This document shows positions 1 through 11,735 of a DNA stretch of 64,000 nt, piece by piece. This stretch comes from an uncultured Acidimicrobiia bacterium (GTDB lineage: Bacteria; Actinomycetota; Acidimicrobiia; Acidimicrobiales; AC-14): positions 1-64,000 of the forward strand of contig CAWIIV010000015.1 in NCBI GenBank assembly GCA_963836205.1, given 5' to 3'. Under the pieces are notes generated by a model. It worked only from the letters and a program-made list of their open reading frames with translations. It was not told where the DNA came from and ran no database searches. Position 1 is the stretch's first letter. Every line of letters starts with the position of its first letter. The position numbers and the translations under genes were made by a program.

Positions 1-167
1 GAGGTGAAGATGGCTCCAACCTCGATTCGAGGTTGGAGCCATCGTGCCGTAGCGGATCAGAATTGCGGGTCTGACCTACCCGATGTCGGCGGCGTTCGTT
101 ATCGTTTGGGCGAACCCGGCCAAAAGGGGGCGCCACGGCTGCGACGAGGCGGCGAAAGAGGGCGACG

Positions 168-3100
168 GTGCTGGCGGTCAGTGCCGATCGGTTCGCCGCG
201 GGTTGGCGCCTCGTTCCGGGATCCGGACTGGTCGAGGCGGGGGCGGTCGGGGCGGCGCCCGGCGAGGGGGCGGCGGGAGTCGAGGCGGACGCTTCCGCCA
301 TCACTGTCGACGTCGTCCGGCCGGCCGACCTCGTCGCCCTCTCGTTCACCGCCACCGGCTGCGAGTTGGTGTCGTCGGCCGACGCGCCCGTCCTCCGCCC
401 GGTGGCCGGGGCGACGGCCCGGCTGGTTGTCCGGTTCGCCTACCAGCACCTGGCCGAGGAGGCCATCTACGAGGGCCTGGCGCCCAAACCGCTCCCCTTC
501 CCGCCCGCGGTCCCCGGCGAGACCGGCAGTGAGATCCCCGACCCCGCGCCCGACCCCGCCGACCCCGTGAACGGGGAGGACGCCCGCACCGTCCCGCCGG
601 TGCAGGTCCTCCCGGCCAAGACCAGCCGGCTGGTGTTCGACATGCCCGAGGGCGAGAGCATCGAATTCTCCACCGCCGGCCTCCTCGCCGCCCTCGGCCG
701 CCTCCAGCTGGTCGTCCACCCCCTCGCCACCCCCGCCCCGACCACGCCGCCAGCGGTCGGGCCGGGCGTCGGTCCGATCCTGCAGCTGCCCGGGGGACTG
801 GCGGCCGTGATCTCCGACCGGGGTCCGGTCTTCTCCCGGGCCACCGGCGTCATGCGTCCACCCCGGATGGCCGACGTCGACAGCTTCCTCGCCACCACCC
901 GCGACCTGCGCCGGGTGCGGGCCCTGCTCACCACCACCACCGGCACCGTCGCCGGCCGCACCGTCGACCTGGGCTCCCTCGCCGACGTGGTGCTGCCGCC
1001 GATCATCGTCCGCCCCCGGCCCCGGCCCCGGCCGACGCTCAGCCGTCCCCCCGAGCCGGGGGAGACCGCGCTCGAGGCCCCCTTCCGCCTCGTCATCTCG
1101 CCCAGCCGCCTGGCCGGGTGGGCCCATGCCGCGGACCCGGTGCGCGCCGCCGATGCCCCCGGCCACGTCGAGCTGTGGCACACCCGCATGGGCGTCCGGG
1201 AGGAGCGCGCCGACGGCACCGTCGCGGTCGACGAGAGGTCGGACGCCCAGCGCACGGTGCGTGCCGTCTGGGCCCGCGACCGGGAGGGCATGGGCGCGTG
1301 GCAAACGCTCAAGGAGGCCGAGCACAACCAGCTCCCGTTCCGCATGTCGCTCGACGGGGCCGACCGCCACATGCTCGTGCGCCAGACGGCCGAGACCTGG
1401 GTGGGCCAGGCCGGCAAGCTGCTGACGCCCGAGCCCGTCGAGGCCCGCGAGCTGTGGCTGTCGGCCCTGGGCGCCTGGCTCGACCTCCATGGCGACTGGA
1501 CCACCGGGCCCTACTCGGCCGCGAGCATCGCCTCGATCCTGTCCTGGGACCACGAGGCCCCCGCCGGCCGCGACCAGTACGTGCGGGTCGTCTACCCCGG
1601 GTTCCTGTTCCCCTGCGGCCACCAGGCAGCCCTGGTGAAGCTCACCGAGCGCAAGATGAAGGACGTCAGCCCGTCGGTGGCGGGCCTGTACCAGCGCAAG
1701 TTCCTGGTCATCGGCCGGCCGCTGCTCACCTACGCCGACCAGCACAACCTTCCCTTCACCGCCATCCGGGTGGCGCCGCTCGTCACCCCCACGCTCGACG
1801 ACCCCGGCAACCTCCAGAACAGCTTCTTCTGGCCCCGGGTGGGCGGTGCCGACTTCCCCTTCGTGCTCCATTGCGCCGACCACGAGCACCGCCACGTGAA
1901 GCTGCCGACACCCCTGCTGTGGGTGGCCGAGCACTTCACGGCCAAGGCCGCCAACCGCAAGGCGGTGGAGGACGTGTACGCCGCGTCCGTACACCGGAAG
2001 GTGCCCGCCAACGGCCAGCAGATCGCGTTCGCCCCGGTCATCAAGGGTGGCGACACCACCAACGACACCGTGTCGGTCTCCCTCATGGGCACCGCCCACG
2101 CGCCGCCGGCCACGTCGACCCCCCGGATGACCCAGGCCCGGGTGAGGCTGCCGGCGGTGGAGCGGATCTCGGGTGTCGGTCCGGTGCCCGTGGCCTACGC
2201 CAAGCCGTACCTCGACTTCGGGTTCACCGGCGCCGGCAATCCCGGCCAGGTCTGGGCCGCGACGGTCACGTCCGACGCCCTCAAGCAGCTCCCCAACGAC
2301 GAGGTGGCCGCCCTCCCTGTCGTCAAGTTCGGCAACGGTGCACCGGCCGGCAGCGACCGTTCGGGCGGGTTCCTGTCGCCCGACCAGCCCGTCGCCGGCC
2401 TCTCCCGGCTCACGGGCACGGTCGGCGACGTGGCCGGCATGGCCACCCAGAAGTTCGACCCCAAGGAGTTCCTGAAGGGGGCGGTGCCCAAGCTGTTCGG
2501 GCTCGTCGACCTGCTCGACCTGCTCGACGCGGTGGGAGGGGTGGCGCCCAGCCTGGTCAACGAGGCGCTCGACCGGGCCGAGGGTTTCGTCGCCGACCTG
2601 CAGCGGGCCAAGCAGCAGGCAGCCGAGGCGGTCTCGGAGGCCAACAAGCTGGTGGCCCGGGCCGCGTCCAAGACGGCCGAGCTGCAGAACGCGGCCCAGG
2701 ACGCGCTGGCCAAGGCCCAGCAGGCCAAGACCGCGGTGGAGGGTGCGGTCGACGGGTTCATGAGCGTCCTGCCCACCCTGGTGGGCCAGACCGAGGCCGC
2801 GGTGGCGGCGGCCGTGGCCGCGCCGATCACCGCCCTCGAGGCCGCGGTCGGCAAGCTGGAGCAGGCCGCGCCCACCCTGCCGCCGCTCATCAGCAACCAG
2901 CTCACCGCCCTGGCCAAGGTGCTCCGCCAGGTGCTCGCCGCCGCCGACCTGGTCACCGACCTGGCCCGGCTGGTCAACGGGCTGGCCCAGTCGGGCGTCG
3001 AGTCCCACTTCCGCTTCGAGTGGAAGCCGAAGCTCCAGTCGTGGCCGTCGCCCGCCCATCCCTTCGGTTCGATCACGTCGCCGATCGTCGAGGTGAAGGT

Positions 3101-4022
3101 CGACAGCCTGGTCCTGGCCGTGGAGGGACGGGTCAGCGGCAAGGGCGAGGTCGGCGTCGAGATCCTGGCCGAGCTGAAGGACTTCACCCTCCACCTCCTG
3201 CCGGGCGCGCCCCTCATCCGCATCCCGTTCGACCACCTCTCGTTCCGGTCGGGCAGCGCGGGCAAGCCCGATGTCGACGTGGTCATGCACGAGATCGAGT
3301 TCGTCGGCGTCCTCGCCTTCGTGGAGACGCTGAAGGACCTGATCCCGTTCGACGGGTTCTCCGACCCGCCGTTCCTCGACGTCTCCCCGGCGGGGGTCAC
3401 CGCCGGCTTCACGCTCACCCTCCCGAGCGTGGCCATCGGCGTGTTCACCCTCGCCAACATCTCCCTGGGCGCCGACGTCAACGTGCCCTTCCTGGGCAAG
3501 ACCGTCACCGTCGGGTTCAACTTCTGCACCCGGGAGCGGCCCTTCACCCTCACGGTGATGGCGATCGGCGGTGGGGGCTGGTTCGGGATCCGCATCTCTC
3601 CCGACGGCCTCGACGTCATGGAGCTGGGGCTCGAGGCGGGGGCGTGCCTCGCCGTCGACCTGGGCGTGGCCTCCGGGTCGGTGTCGATCATGGTCGGGAT
3701 CTACATGCGGCTGGAGGGGCCCAGGGGCTCGCTCACCGGCTACGTGCGCATCCGGGGCGAGGTCGACGTGCTCGGCCTCATCTCGGCGTCGATCGAGCTC
3801 TACCTGGAGCTGCGCTACGAGTTCGACACCGGCAAGATGGTGGGCAAGGCCAGCCTCACCGTCCAGATCAAGGTGTTCGTGTTCTCCGGGTCGGTCAAGA
3901 TCGAGGTCGAGCGCAAGCTGGCGGGGTCGAACGGCGACCCCACCTTCGCCCAGGTCATGGACGTGCAGAACGGCCAGTCCGCGCCCTGGTCCGACTACTG
4001 CCTGGCCTTCGCGGGGGCGTGA
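168..4022 (+). CDS. Giant uncharacterised protein (1284 aa): beta-rich N-terminal part, Ala-rich helical/coiled-coil middle, long amphipathic beta-strand C-terminus
   Basis: Long ORF with strong GC3 bias and protein-like composition; stop overlaps GTG of next gene (GTGA 4019-4022); no catalytic motif recognised. Confidence 0.85.
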   Translation: MLAVSADRFAAGWRLVPGSGLVEAGAVGAAPGEGAAGVEADASAITVDVVRPADLVALSFTATGCELVSSADAPVLRPVAGATARLVVRFAYQHLAEEAIYEGLAPKPLPFPPAVPGETGSEIPDPAPDPADPVNGEDARTVPPVQVLPAKTSRLVFDMPEGESIEFSTAGLLAALGRLQLVVHPLATPAPTTPPAVGPGVGPILQLPGGLAAVISDRGPVFSRATGVMRPPRMADVDSFLATTRDLRRVRALLTTTTGTVAGRTVDLGSLADVVLPPIIVRPRPRPRPTLSRPPEPGETALEAPFRLVISPSRLAGWAHAADPVRAADAPGHVELWHTRMGVREERADGTVAVDERSDAQRTVRAVWARDREGMGAWQTLKEAEHNQLPFRMSLDGADRHMLVRQTAETWVGQAGKLLTPEPVEARELWLSALGAWLDLHGDWTTGPYSAASIASILSWDHEAPAGRDQYVRVVYPGFLFPCGHQAALVKLTERKMKDVSPSVAGLYQRKFLVIGRPLLTYADQHNLPFTAIRVAPLVTPTLDDPGNLQNSFFWPRVGGADFPFVLHCADHEHRHVKLPTPLLWVAEHFTAKAANRKAVEDVYAASVHRKVPANGQQIAFAPVIKGGDTTNDTVSVSLMGTAHAPPATSTPRMTQARVRLPAVERISGVGPVPVAYAKPYLDFGFTGAGNPGQVWAATVTSDALKQLPNDEVAALPVVKFGNGAPAGSDRSGGFLSPDQPVAGLSRLTGTVGDVAGMATQKFDPKEFLKGAVPKLFGLVDLLDLLDAVGGVAPSLVNEALDRAEGFVADLQRAKQQAAEAVSEANKLVARAASKTAELQNAAQDALAKAQQAKTAVEGAVDGFMSVLPTLVGQTEAAVAAAVAAPITALEAAVGKLEQAAPTLPPLISNQLTALAKVLRQVLAAADLVTDLARLVNGLAQSGVESHFRFEWKPKLQSWPSPAHPFGSITSPIVEVKVDSLVLAVEGRVSGKGEVGVEILAELKDFTLHLLPGAPLIRIPFDHLSFRSGSAGKPDVDVVMHEIEFVGVLAFVETLKDLIPFDGFSDPPFLDVSPAGVTAGFTLTLPSVAIGVFTLANISLGADVNVPFLGKTVTVGFNFCTRERPFTLTVMAIGGGGWFGIRISPDGLDVMELGLEAGACLAVDLGVASGSVSIMVGIYMRLEGPRGSLTGYVRIRGEVDVLGLISASIELYLELRYEFDTGKMVGKASLTVQIKVFVFSGSVKIEVERKLAGSNGDPTFAQVMDVQNGQSAPWSDYCLAFAGA

Positions 4023-7000
4023 CGGTGCCCGGCGAGGTCTTCACCGTCTGCGCCCTGCCGCACTCCTGCCGGCGGGGAGCCGAGTTCCACGTGTCGCTGT
4101 TCATCTCGCCCCGGCTCACACCGGGCTCGCCCCCAGGGGCGGGGAGGAGCTGCGCGAATACCGCCTGTTCCGCCGCTGGGCCACGACGCTGACCGACGAC
4201 ACCACCATCGAGCTGGGTGACCAGGGCGGGGTGATCGACTGCGAGCCCCTGCTGGCGGCGGTGCGGCCCGACGTGTGGGACGCCGCCTTCCCCGAGCGCA
4301 CCCCGGTGCGAGGCCAGCCCCTACCGGAGTGGGACCGCCGCCTGTGGCGCACCTTCCGGGCCGCGGAGGTGCACGACTGGGCCAAGGCGGCCCAGGCCAC
4401 CAGCGTGTTCACCGACCCGACCACGCCGCCCGCCCCCGGCGTCCACCCCCTCGTGAAGATGATGACCGGCCTCACCGCGGAGTGGTACCGCTGGGTCGTC
4501 ACCGCCGGCGGGCGGCGGCGGGTCTACGACGAGTCGATCGGCACCGAGGACTTCGACAACCTGCTCGAGGGCGGCGAGTCGCTGGCGATCATCGAGCGAG
4601 TCATCGCCGGCGAGCGCGACCCGCTGCGGCGGATACTGCTTGAGCTGCACCGGGCCCGCCGCTTCTACGAGCGGCCCGAGTCGGAGCAGGAATATCACGA
4701 ACGTCCAGTACCCGGCCGCAAGAGCCCGAGGCCGCCGCGGCCCGAGCCCGACTTCCACGAGCGGTGCACGCTCGCCGGCGACCACCCGGCCCTCCTCCGT
4801 GCCCTCGGCCTGGTCGTCGACCTGGTCGTCGCCGATCCCGACCGGCTGCGGCAGTCGTCGTGGCTCTCGGCCCGGCTCACCGTCGACGGTGACGACGGCC
4901 CCTGCCTGTCCACCAAGACCTCGTGCCACGCCTTCGGCGACGACCTGGTCACGATCCCGGAGACCGCCGAGTGGGTCCAGGGACTCCTGGCCGTGGGCAA
5001 CGCCGACCTGTTCGCCCTCCTCGACATGGAGGCCGACGGGGCCGCCCTCAAGATGGAGCGCTGGCTGTGGACCCTGCCCCGCCTGCTGGCCATCGAGCAG
5101 AACGGCAACCCGGTCGACGCCGCCACCCCGGCGCAACGCTCCACCGGCTTCACCGTCGTCCGCAACTTCCAGGCGCTCGACGTCCAGGCCCGAATGACCC
5201 GCCAGCGCGACCTGCTGGGTGTCGTCGAGGCGGGAGGCGATCACCGACTGGGCAGCGAGGACGTGGCCCGGGGGATGCGGGTGGAGGCGTGGGACGACAC
5301 CGCCGGGCGCTGGTTCAGCCTCCACTCCCGCCTGATCGACGTGGTGGTCGACGGTGTCGGCACCGTCATCGACGACGCCGCCGAGGAGGGGTTCGTCCAG
5401 GGGACGCCGGCGAGCGAGACCTCGGGGGTTCCCGACAGCCCGGTCCACGTCCACGAGGCCGTGTTCGGGTGGGAGGGCTGGAGCCTGTCCGCGCCCAGGC
5501 CGGGGAAGCGGGTGCGCCACGAGGACGGCGACGAGGTGGTGGAGGACCCCACGGCCACCCCCGACGAGGTCACGCCCGTGGTCATCACGGCCACGGTCGC
5601 TCCCCGGACGCTGCCGAGGCTCCGGTTCGGCCGGTCGTACGCCTTCCGGGCCTGGCTCGTCGACCTGGCCGGCAACGTCCGCCCCCACGGCCTCAACCCC
5701 CCGGCACCGGCGCCGTCCTCCGTGCAGCAGGTGCTCGCGGCCCGGCTGGCCACCGCCGGGGTCGACCCCGCGGTCGAACCCGGCTTGGTGGTACCGGGCG
5801 TCGCCCACCTGCGGGCCGAGACCCATGCCGGGCTGGAGGCCCGCCGGCTGACCGGTGCGGGTGCCGGGGCGACGGACGACGCCGACGGGTTGGGCGGGGT
5901 GGCCGTGGGCCCGAACGTGGGCGGGGTGACCATCGACCGGTTCGTCGCCGGCGGACTCGTCGGCGCCCCGGATGCGGCCGGGCTGGCGGCGGACGACGTC
6001 CGGCTCGCCGATCCCTCCGTCACGGCCGCGTCGGTGGCGGGGCGGCTGCGGGCCCGCCGGGCGGAGCGGGCAGTGGGCGGGGACGCACCGCCCAGGCAGT
6101 CGTTCGTGAACCGGTCCTCGCTCGTGGCCCAGGCCTTCGCCCGGGCCGTCGGCGACCCCCGCCAGCCGTTCGTGGCGTCGACGGTGGCCATCCGGCCGGA
6201 GGCGGTGGCGCCGGTGGTGTCCAGCCACCTGCCCCACGTGCCGGGGCCGGTGGCGGCGGCCGGGATCGACCTGGAGGCCGCTCTCGCCACCATCACCCCC
6301 CTGCGGCCCTTCCTGCGCTGGGACCCGGTGCCCAGCCCCGCCATCGTCCCCCTCCGGCGGTTCACCGAGGGCGAGTCGCTGCGGGTGCTGGTCGTGCGGT
6401 CGGGCGTCGCCCAGGACCCGGCCACGCTCGCTCTCACCGTCACCCCACCCGACGAGTACGCCGCCGCCGCGGCCGCCGCCCATCCCGCGCTCGACCTGGG
6501 CTATGGCGACGTCAACGAGCGACACCTGGCGCCGCCCAAGACCAGCCAGTTCCAGGCTGAGTTGCACGGCGCGTTCGACGACGCCATCGGGTCCGTCAAC
6601 CCCGCCGACCACGTTCGCCTGCTGGCGGTGGCGATGCGGGAAGCGGGAACGTTCTTCGACCTCGACGTCGTCGACCTCACCGACCCGACCACCACCGTCC
6701 CACAGCCGGGAGTCCGGCTCGAAACCAGCCCGGGGCCGCCCCAGGTCGACCCGAAGACCCTTCCCCTGGCCCCGGGAGACGCGCCCGCGCCCGGCCAGTA
6801 CGTCGTCCACGACACGCCCCAGCTCCGGCTGCCCTACCTGCCCGACACCCTCGCCCGAGGTGTTTCCCTCGCCTTCCCCGACGCCGGCACCGACCGCCGC
6901 ATCCCGTTCCCGTTCGGGGGCGAGGGGTGCACCGCCACCTACGGCGGCAGCGACGCCTGGCCCGAGATCGAACCGTTCCGACTCGTGCTCGCGGGGGCGG

Positions 7001-8757
7001 CCGAGCTGTCGGGCCGGGTCGACGGGACCGTGATCACGATCGATCTCCCGCCCGGTGACCAGCTCCGATTCCGCCTCGCCAGCTCCCTGACCAGGCCCGA
7101 TCTCGACCTCATGGGGCCGTGGCGCAACCTCCCGGCGACGGTGCGGTCGGATCCCGACGTGGTCGAGGCCGCCGTCGACGGTTGGCTGTGGGCCCTCACC
7201 CCCTACGAGAACGTGATCCTCATCCACGCCGTCCCCCGCCCCCTGGAAGCGCCCCGCCCGACGGTCGTCACGCCGTCCCGCCAGCTCGGCTCCACCGAGT
7301 GCACGCTCATCGGGGCGGTCGACCTCCACGGCCCGAGCACCGACAGCCTCACCGCCGAGGCCACGTGGGTGGAGCCGGTCGACGAGGTGACCCTGCTCAC
7401 CGGGCCCGAGGAGCATCCCCAGCAGGCGGTGGCGTTCACCTCGCCCGTCCAGCCCTTCGAGGACCTCGCCATCCTCTGGCCGACCGACGTCGAAGCCACG
7501 ATCGAGAACTTCGGCAAGGTCCGGGGCCACCGGGCGGTGCACCAGTTCGGCGACACCCACCACCGGCGGGTCGACTACCGGTTCCGGGCCTCCACCAGAT
7601 TCCGTGAGTTCTTCCATCCCGACCTGGTGGCGCCCGACCCGGCCGTCCCCGGCGACGACGGCCGGAGCGTGGTCGGGCCGGTGGTGAAGGTGTCGGTGCC
7701 GAGCAGCGCCCGGCCGGCGGCGCCGGTGGTGCACTCGGTCCTGCCCCTGTTCCGCTGGACCGACGGCATCGAGCCCGAGCAGCCCTTCGCCCGCCGCCGG
7801 GTCCGGCGGGCCGGAGTCCGCATCTACATGGAGCGGCCGTGGTTCTCGTCCGGCCAGGACGAGCTGCTGGGCGTCCTGCTGGCCGTCAACGGCAACGACT
7901 CGTTCGGACCGCCGCCGCCCGACCAGTCCGGCTTCCCGTTCGTGAGCAAGTGGGGTGGCGACCCGGCGTGGCTGGGCGCCCCGGTACCCAACCGGGCCAT
8001 GACGCCCCTCTTCCTCGACAGCCTGATGGCCGGCCTCACCTTCGACGACCGTCACCATCCGGCCCGCCCAGTCACCCAGGCCCGCACCCTGCCCCTGTCC
8101 GCTGTCGCTGGCGCGCCGAACGTGCAGGTGGCGGGCTACAAGCCGCAGTACAACCACGACCGCAACCTCTGGTACGTCGACATCGCCATCGACGCGGGCG
8201 ACACCTACTGGCCGTTCGTCCGACTGGCCGTCGCCCGCTACCAGCCGGAGAGCCTCGACACCTGCCACCTGTCGGCCCCCGTCCGCTGCGACTTCGTGCA
8301 GCTGGCGCCGACCCGCACCACGAGCGTGAGCCGCACCGACGACCGCCACGTGCGGGTCGTGGTCAGCGGACCGATCGGGGTGCGCTCGAAGCGGTTCCCC
8401 GATTCGGTCGACACCCTGGCCGCGCTGGTCGCCCCCAACCACCAGGTCGTGGCCCGGCTGCAACGGCGTGATCCCACGATCCCCACCGACCTGGGCTGGG
8501 AGACGGTGGCGGCCGGCGAGCTCACGGTCAGGGGAAGGGGCGAAGGCTCACCCGACTTCGAGGTCGCGTGGGTGGGCGCCCTGGAGGCGCCGGAGACGAT
8601 CCCCCTCGGCCGACCCGGGTCGAACCCCGACTGGCGGGTGACGGTGGAGGAGTGGGAGATGCTGCCCGGCGACCCCTTCACCCTCGGCCCCACGCGAGGC
8701 CGCCTGCCACCCGTCTGGGAACGCCGCCTGGTCTACGCCGACGAGGTCGAGCTCTAG
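4019..8757 (+). CDS. Giant uncharacterised protein (~1580 aa), apparent 1-nt frameshift near 4141-4144
   Basis: N-terminus VTVPGEVFTVCALPHS...FHVSLFISPRLTPG lies in the frame of ORF 1118..4192; the rest (EELREYRLF... to YADEVEL) lies in ORF 3571..8757; adding one G to the G-run joins them. Confidence 0.8.
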
Positions 8758-8798
8758 CCCAGCAGCTTGACCCGAGCAGCTTGGCCCGAGCAGCTTGG
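8758..8798. repeat. Three tandem copies of a ~14-bp unit (CCCGAGCAGCTTGG)
   Basis: cccagcagcttga / cccgagcagcttgg / cccgagcagcttgg directly after the stop codon. Confidence 0.8.
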
Positions 8799-8829
8799 GT
8801 AGCGGGGGAGGAGCGACACCTCACCGCCC

Positions 8830-8989
8830 GACCCGACCCCTCGGGTAAGGGTAGGCGAAGGGCTGTCAGCTCTACCGAAGTATGCGGTCTGCACCATTGT
8901 CGGAAATGCCGGAAAAGACAATTCTCTCCTTGACAACAGCCGCCGACAAAGCGAGGTGGCCAAAAAAGGACAAGAGGAAAGAACCGACA
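8830..8989 (+). promoter_or_regulatory. Conserved upstream regulatory/leader region, copy 1
   Basis: Blocks GGGCTGTCAGCTCTA, GAAGTATGCGGTC, CACCATTG, TCCTTGACAACAGCCGCCGA and AAAGCGAGGTGGC recur at 11735-11888. Confidence 0.75.
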
Positions 8990-9464
8990 ATGAGCAAGAA
9001 CGCGACCATCAAGCGTGCATCCCGGCTCGGACTGGCAGCGGCCGCCCTGGCGACTGCAACCATGCTCGGCGCGAGCGTCGCCCCCGCCCACGCCGGCCTC
9101 GACGACCTGTGCATCCCCGGGCCCACGCCGAGCATCATCCCCGTCGATATCGTGACCTACGAGGACCTCGGTGTCGAGCAGATGACCGTGCGCCTGTCCA
9201 GGCCCGCCTGCTGGCAGGTGACCGTGCACTACGCCACCCAGGGCATCACGGCCACCCAGGCCCACGACTACAAGGGAACCTCCGGTTTCGTGGTCTTCCC
9301 GCCCAACTCCACCATCAGGACGCTCCCCGTCACCATCCTCGACGACCCCTGGGTCGAGCAGCCGGAGATCGTGGCTGTGAACTTCCAACGCCCCCTTCGG
9401 TGCCACCCTCCCCGACAAGGTCGGGCTCATGACGATCCTGGACGGGTCCCCGACTCCTGGGTGA
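8990..9464 (+). CDS. Secreted Calx-beta-like protein, copy 1 (extra C in the C-run 9391-9395)
   Basis: Signal peptide ending APAHA; VxVHYAT..TA...DY..TSG.V.F.P.....LPVTILDD..VE..E Calx-beta pattern; removing one C gives ...FGATLPDKVGLMTILDGSPTPG*, collinear with the paralog at 11889. Confidence 0.75.
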
Positions 9465-9491
9465 TCCAACCCTGCACAGCCGGGCAACGCC

Positions 9492-9536
9492 AGCCGGCCG
9501 GAGAGACGACGAGGTCTCTCCGGCCGGTTTCCTTTT
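9492..9536 (+). terminator. Intrinsic terminator
   Basis: GCCGGCCGGAGAGAC...GTCTCTCCGGCCGGT stem followed by TTCCTTTT. Confidence 0.75.
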
Positions 9537-9785
9537 GTGGCGTCACGGAACTCGACGTCGGCCTATTCCCCGCTCGCATATCCGGCGATTTGATTTGCTC
9601 TCCGCCTCGTTCTCCGTCACGCAGGAGAAGAAGCATCCGCCGGTGGACGAGAAGGGTCGAACGCATCGGCGCCAACAGGGCAGCCTCGTCGGAGAGCGTC
9701 GAGGTGCGGACCCGCCGCGGCCACCGAACCTCCCCGGCCCCGGGATGAAGCCGACGGCCGGGTCCGGTGCCATCATGCGTCTGGC

Positions 9786-10472
9786 ATGGGCGAGCGGTTG
9801 CGGGCGGTGCTGGCGGAGGACAACCTCCTCGTGCGGCAGGGTTTGTGCAGCCTGCTCGCCATCTCCGGCGAGGTCGACGTGCTGGCCGCGTGCTCCTCGC
9901 TGCCCAAACTGCTCGAGGCGGTCGACGCCCACCAACCCGACGTGGTCCTCACCGACATCCGCATGCCGCCCGGCTTCTCCGACGAGGGCATCCAGGCCGC
10001 CCGGCTGCTGCGCGAGAGCCACCCCACCCTGGGCGTGGTCGTCATCTCCCAGTTCGCCGACCCCAGCTACGCCATGGCCGTGCTCGGCGACGGTTCGAAC
10101 GGCCGGGCCTACATCCTGAAGGACCGGGTCCACGACCTCGACCGCCTGCTCCGAGCCATCCGAGCGGTCGTCGCCGGCGACTCCTTCGTCGACGAGGAGA
10201 TCGTGGCCGCCCTGGTGCAGTCGCACGCCCGGCTGGGCGAGGGCCCCACCGACTCGCTCACCGACCGCGAGCGGGAGGTCCTGGCCGAGGTGGCCACCGG
10301 CGCCAGCAACGCGTCGATCGCGGAGTCGCTCGGCGTCTCCGGCCACGCGGTGGAGAAGCACATCAACTCCATCTTCTCCAAGCTCGGGCTGTCGGGCAGC
10401 CCGTCGGTGAACCGGCGGGTGCAGGCGGTGCTCGTCCACCTCCAGAGCCAGCCCCGTGGCGACCAGCGCTAG
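9786..10472 (+). CDS. NarL/LuxR-family response regulator
   Basis: AEDN, DVVLTDIRMPP receiver domain; LTDREREVL...SNASIA...VEKHINSIFSKL HTH. Confidence 0.93.
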   Translation: MGERLRAVLAEDNLLVRQGLCSLLAISGEVDVLAACSSLPKLLEAVDAHQPDVVLTDIRMPPGFSDEGIQAARLLRESHPTLGVVVISQFADPSYAMAVLGDGSNGRAYILKDRVHDLDRLLRAIRAVVAGDSFVDEEIVAALVQSHARLGEGPTDSLTDREREVLAEVATGASNASIAESLGVSGHAVEKHINSIFSKLGLSGSPSVNRRVQAVLVHLQSQPRGDQR

Positions 10473-11735
10473 CCCCGACGCCGAGGTCGCCACCGACCTC
10501 TCCCGCCTGCGGACCTTCGTCGTGGCCGACTTCCTCGCCGCCATGGGCGGGGTGGCCTTCATCCTGGTGGTGTGGCTGACGGTGCTCCGGTCGGGCTGGT
10601 TGCTCGTGCTGGCGCTGATCACGGCGACCACCGGGGGCATCATGCTGCTCGGCCTGGGACCGCTGCGCCGGGGCCGGGTGGAGCCGGCAGTGGCCTGGCT
10701 TGCCGTCGCCAACTGGTGCAGCGCCCTGTCGATGACGGCCATCGCCAGCTTCGCCTGGCCCATCCTCGTCTTCGCCGCGGTGCTGCCGGCCGTGTTCTCG
10801 GTGCCCTACGTGTCACGGAAGTCGCTGCACCGCTATCTGGCCGTCTCGCTGGCGGTCGCCACCGCGGTGGCCGCCCTGGGCGTGCTCCAGGACGTGACCG
10901 GGTTCACCAACCGGGCCCCACAGTGGGTGAAGGAGGCGGTGCTCATCACCTTCGTCCCGGCCATGGCCGCCCTCCTCGTCGAGTTGTCCCTGGCCAGCCG
11001 CGCTCACCTGCAGCGGCTGCTCGACGCCGCGCTGGGCGCGGTCGCCGATCTCCGCCGCTCGGAGACGGCGCTGGCCGAGTCGGTCGCCGAGCTGCAGGCG
11101 TCCCGCGCGCGGTGGTGGCCGCGACCGACGAGGAACGCCGCCGGATCGCCCGCGACCTGCACGACGGGTCACAGCAGCGGCTGACTGCGTTGGGGCTCAA
11201 CCTGTCCGTCGTCCGGGAGCTGCTACGCCGGTCCCCGGACGAGGCGGCTGACGCGCTGACCGCCCTGCGCGGCTCGGTCACCGAAGCCCAGGCCGACCTC
11301 CGGGCTGTCGTCCACGGGATCTACCCGCCCGCGCTCACCGAGCACGGCGTGGTGATGGCCCTCGGTACGGCCACCACCCAGTCGCCCAACACCGTGCGCC
11401 TGGTGGCCGATGGCGTTGGGCGCCACCCGCCCGACGTGGAGGCGGCCGTCTACTTCTGCTGCACCGAGGCCCTCCAGAACGCGGCCAAGCACGCCGGTCC
11501 TAATGCCACCGTGCGGGTGACGCTGGCCGAGAAGGAGCCCGGCTGGCTCGAGTTCGAGGTGCGGGACGACGGGCGCGGGTTCGACCCGGCTGCCACTTCA
11601 GGCGGAGGCGGCTTCGTCAACATGCGGGACCGGGTGGGCGCCCTCGGGGGAGAGCTGCGCGTGGTCAGCTCGCCCGGGGGAGGCACCGTGGTCCGGGGCC
11701 TGGTGCCGGCGGCACCCCGGCCCCTGCCGGCCTGA
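10456..11735 (+). CDS. Membrane sensor histidine kinase (HisKA_3 type), apparent frameshift near 11110
   Basis: Multi-TM N-terminus in ORF 10456..11184; ERRRIARDLHDG, EALQNAAKHA and DDGRGF in ORF 10572..11735; one missing G in cgg-gtg joins them. Confidence 0.85.

Noticed and set aside
4130-4150. Programmed ribosomal frameshift in giant gene 2
   Set aside because: No canonical slippery heptamer; similar indels occur in unrelated genes, favouring sequencing error
99-8463. Very long antisense and alternate-frame ORFs (99..3290, 1118..4192, 4321..8463; similarly 15597..17261, 34967..36883, 46537..48843)
   Set aside because: Shadow ORFs expected from high-GC codon bias; Arg/Gly/Pro-rich and overlapping better-supported genes
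8758-8798. CRISPR array
   Set aside because: Units only 14 bp, no spacers, no cas genes
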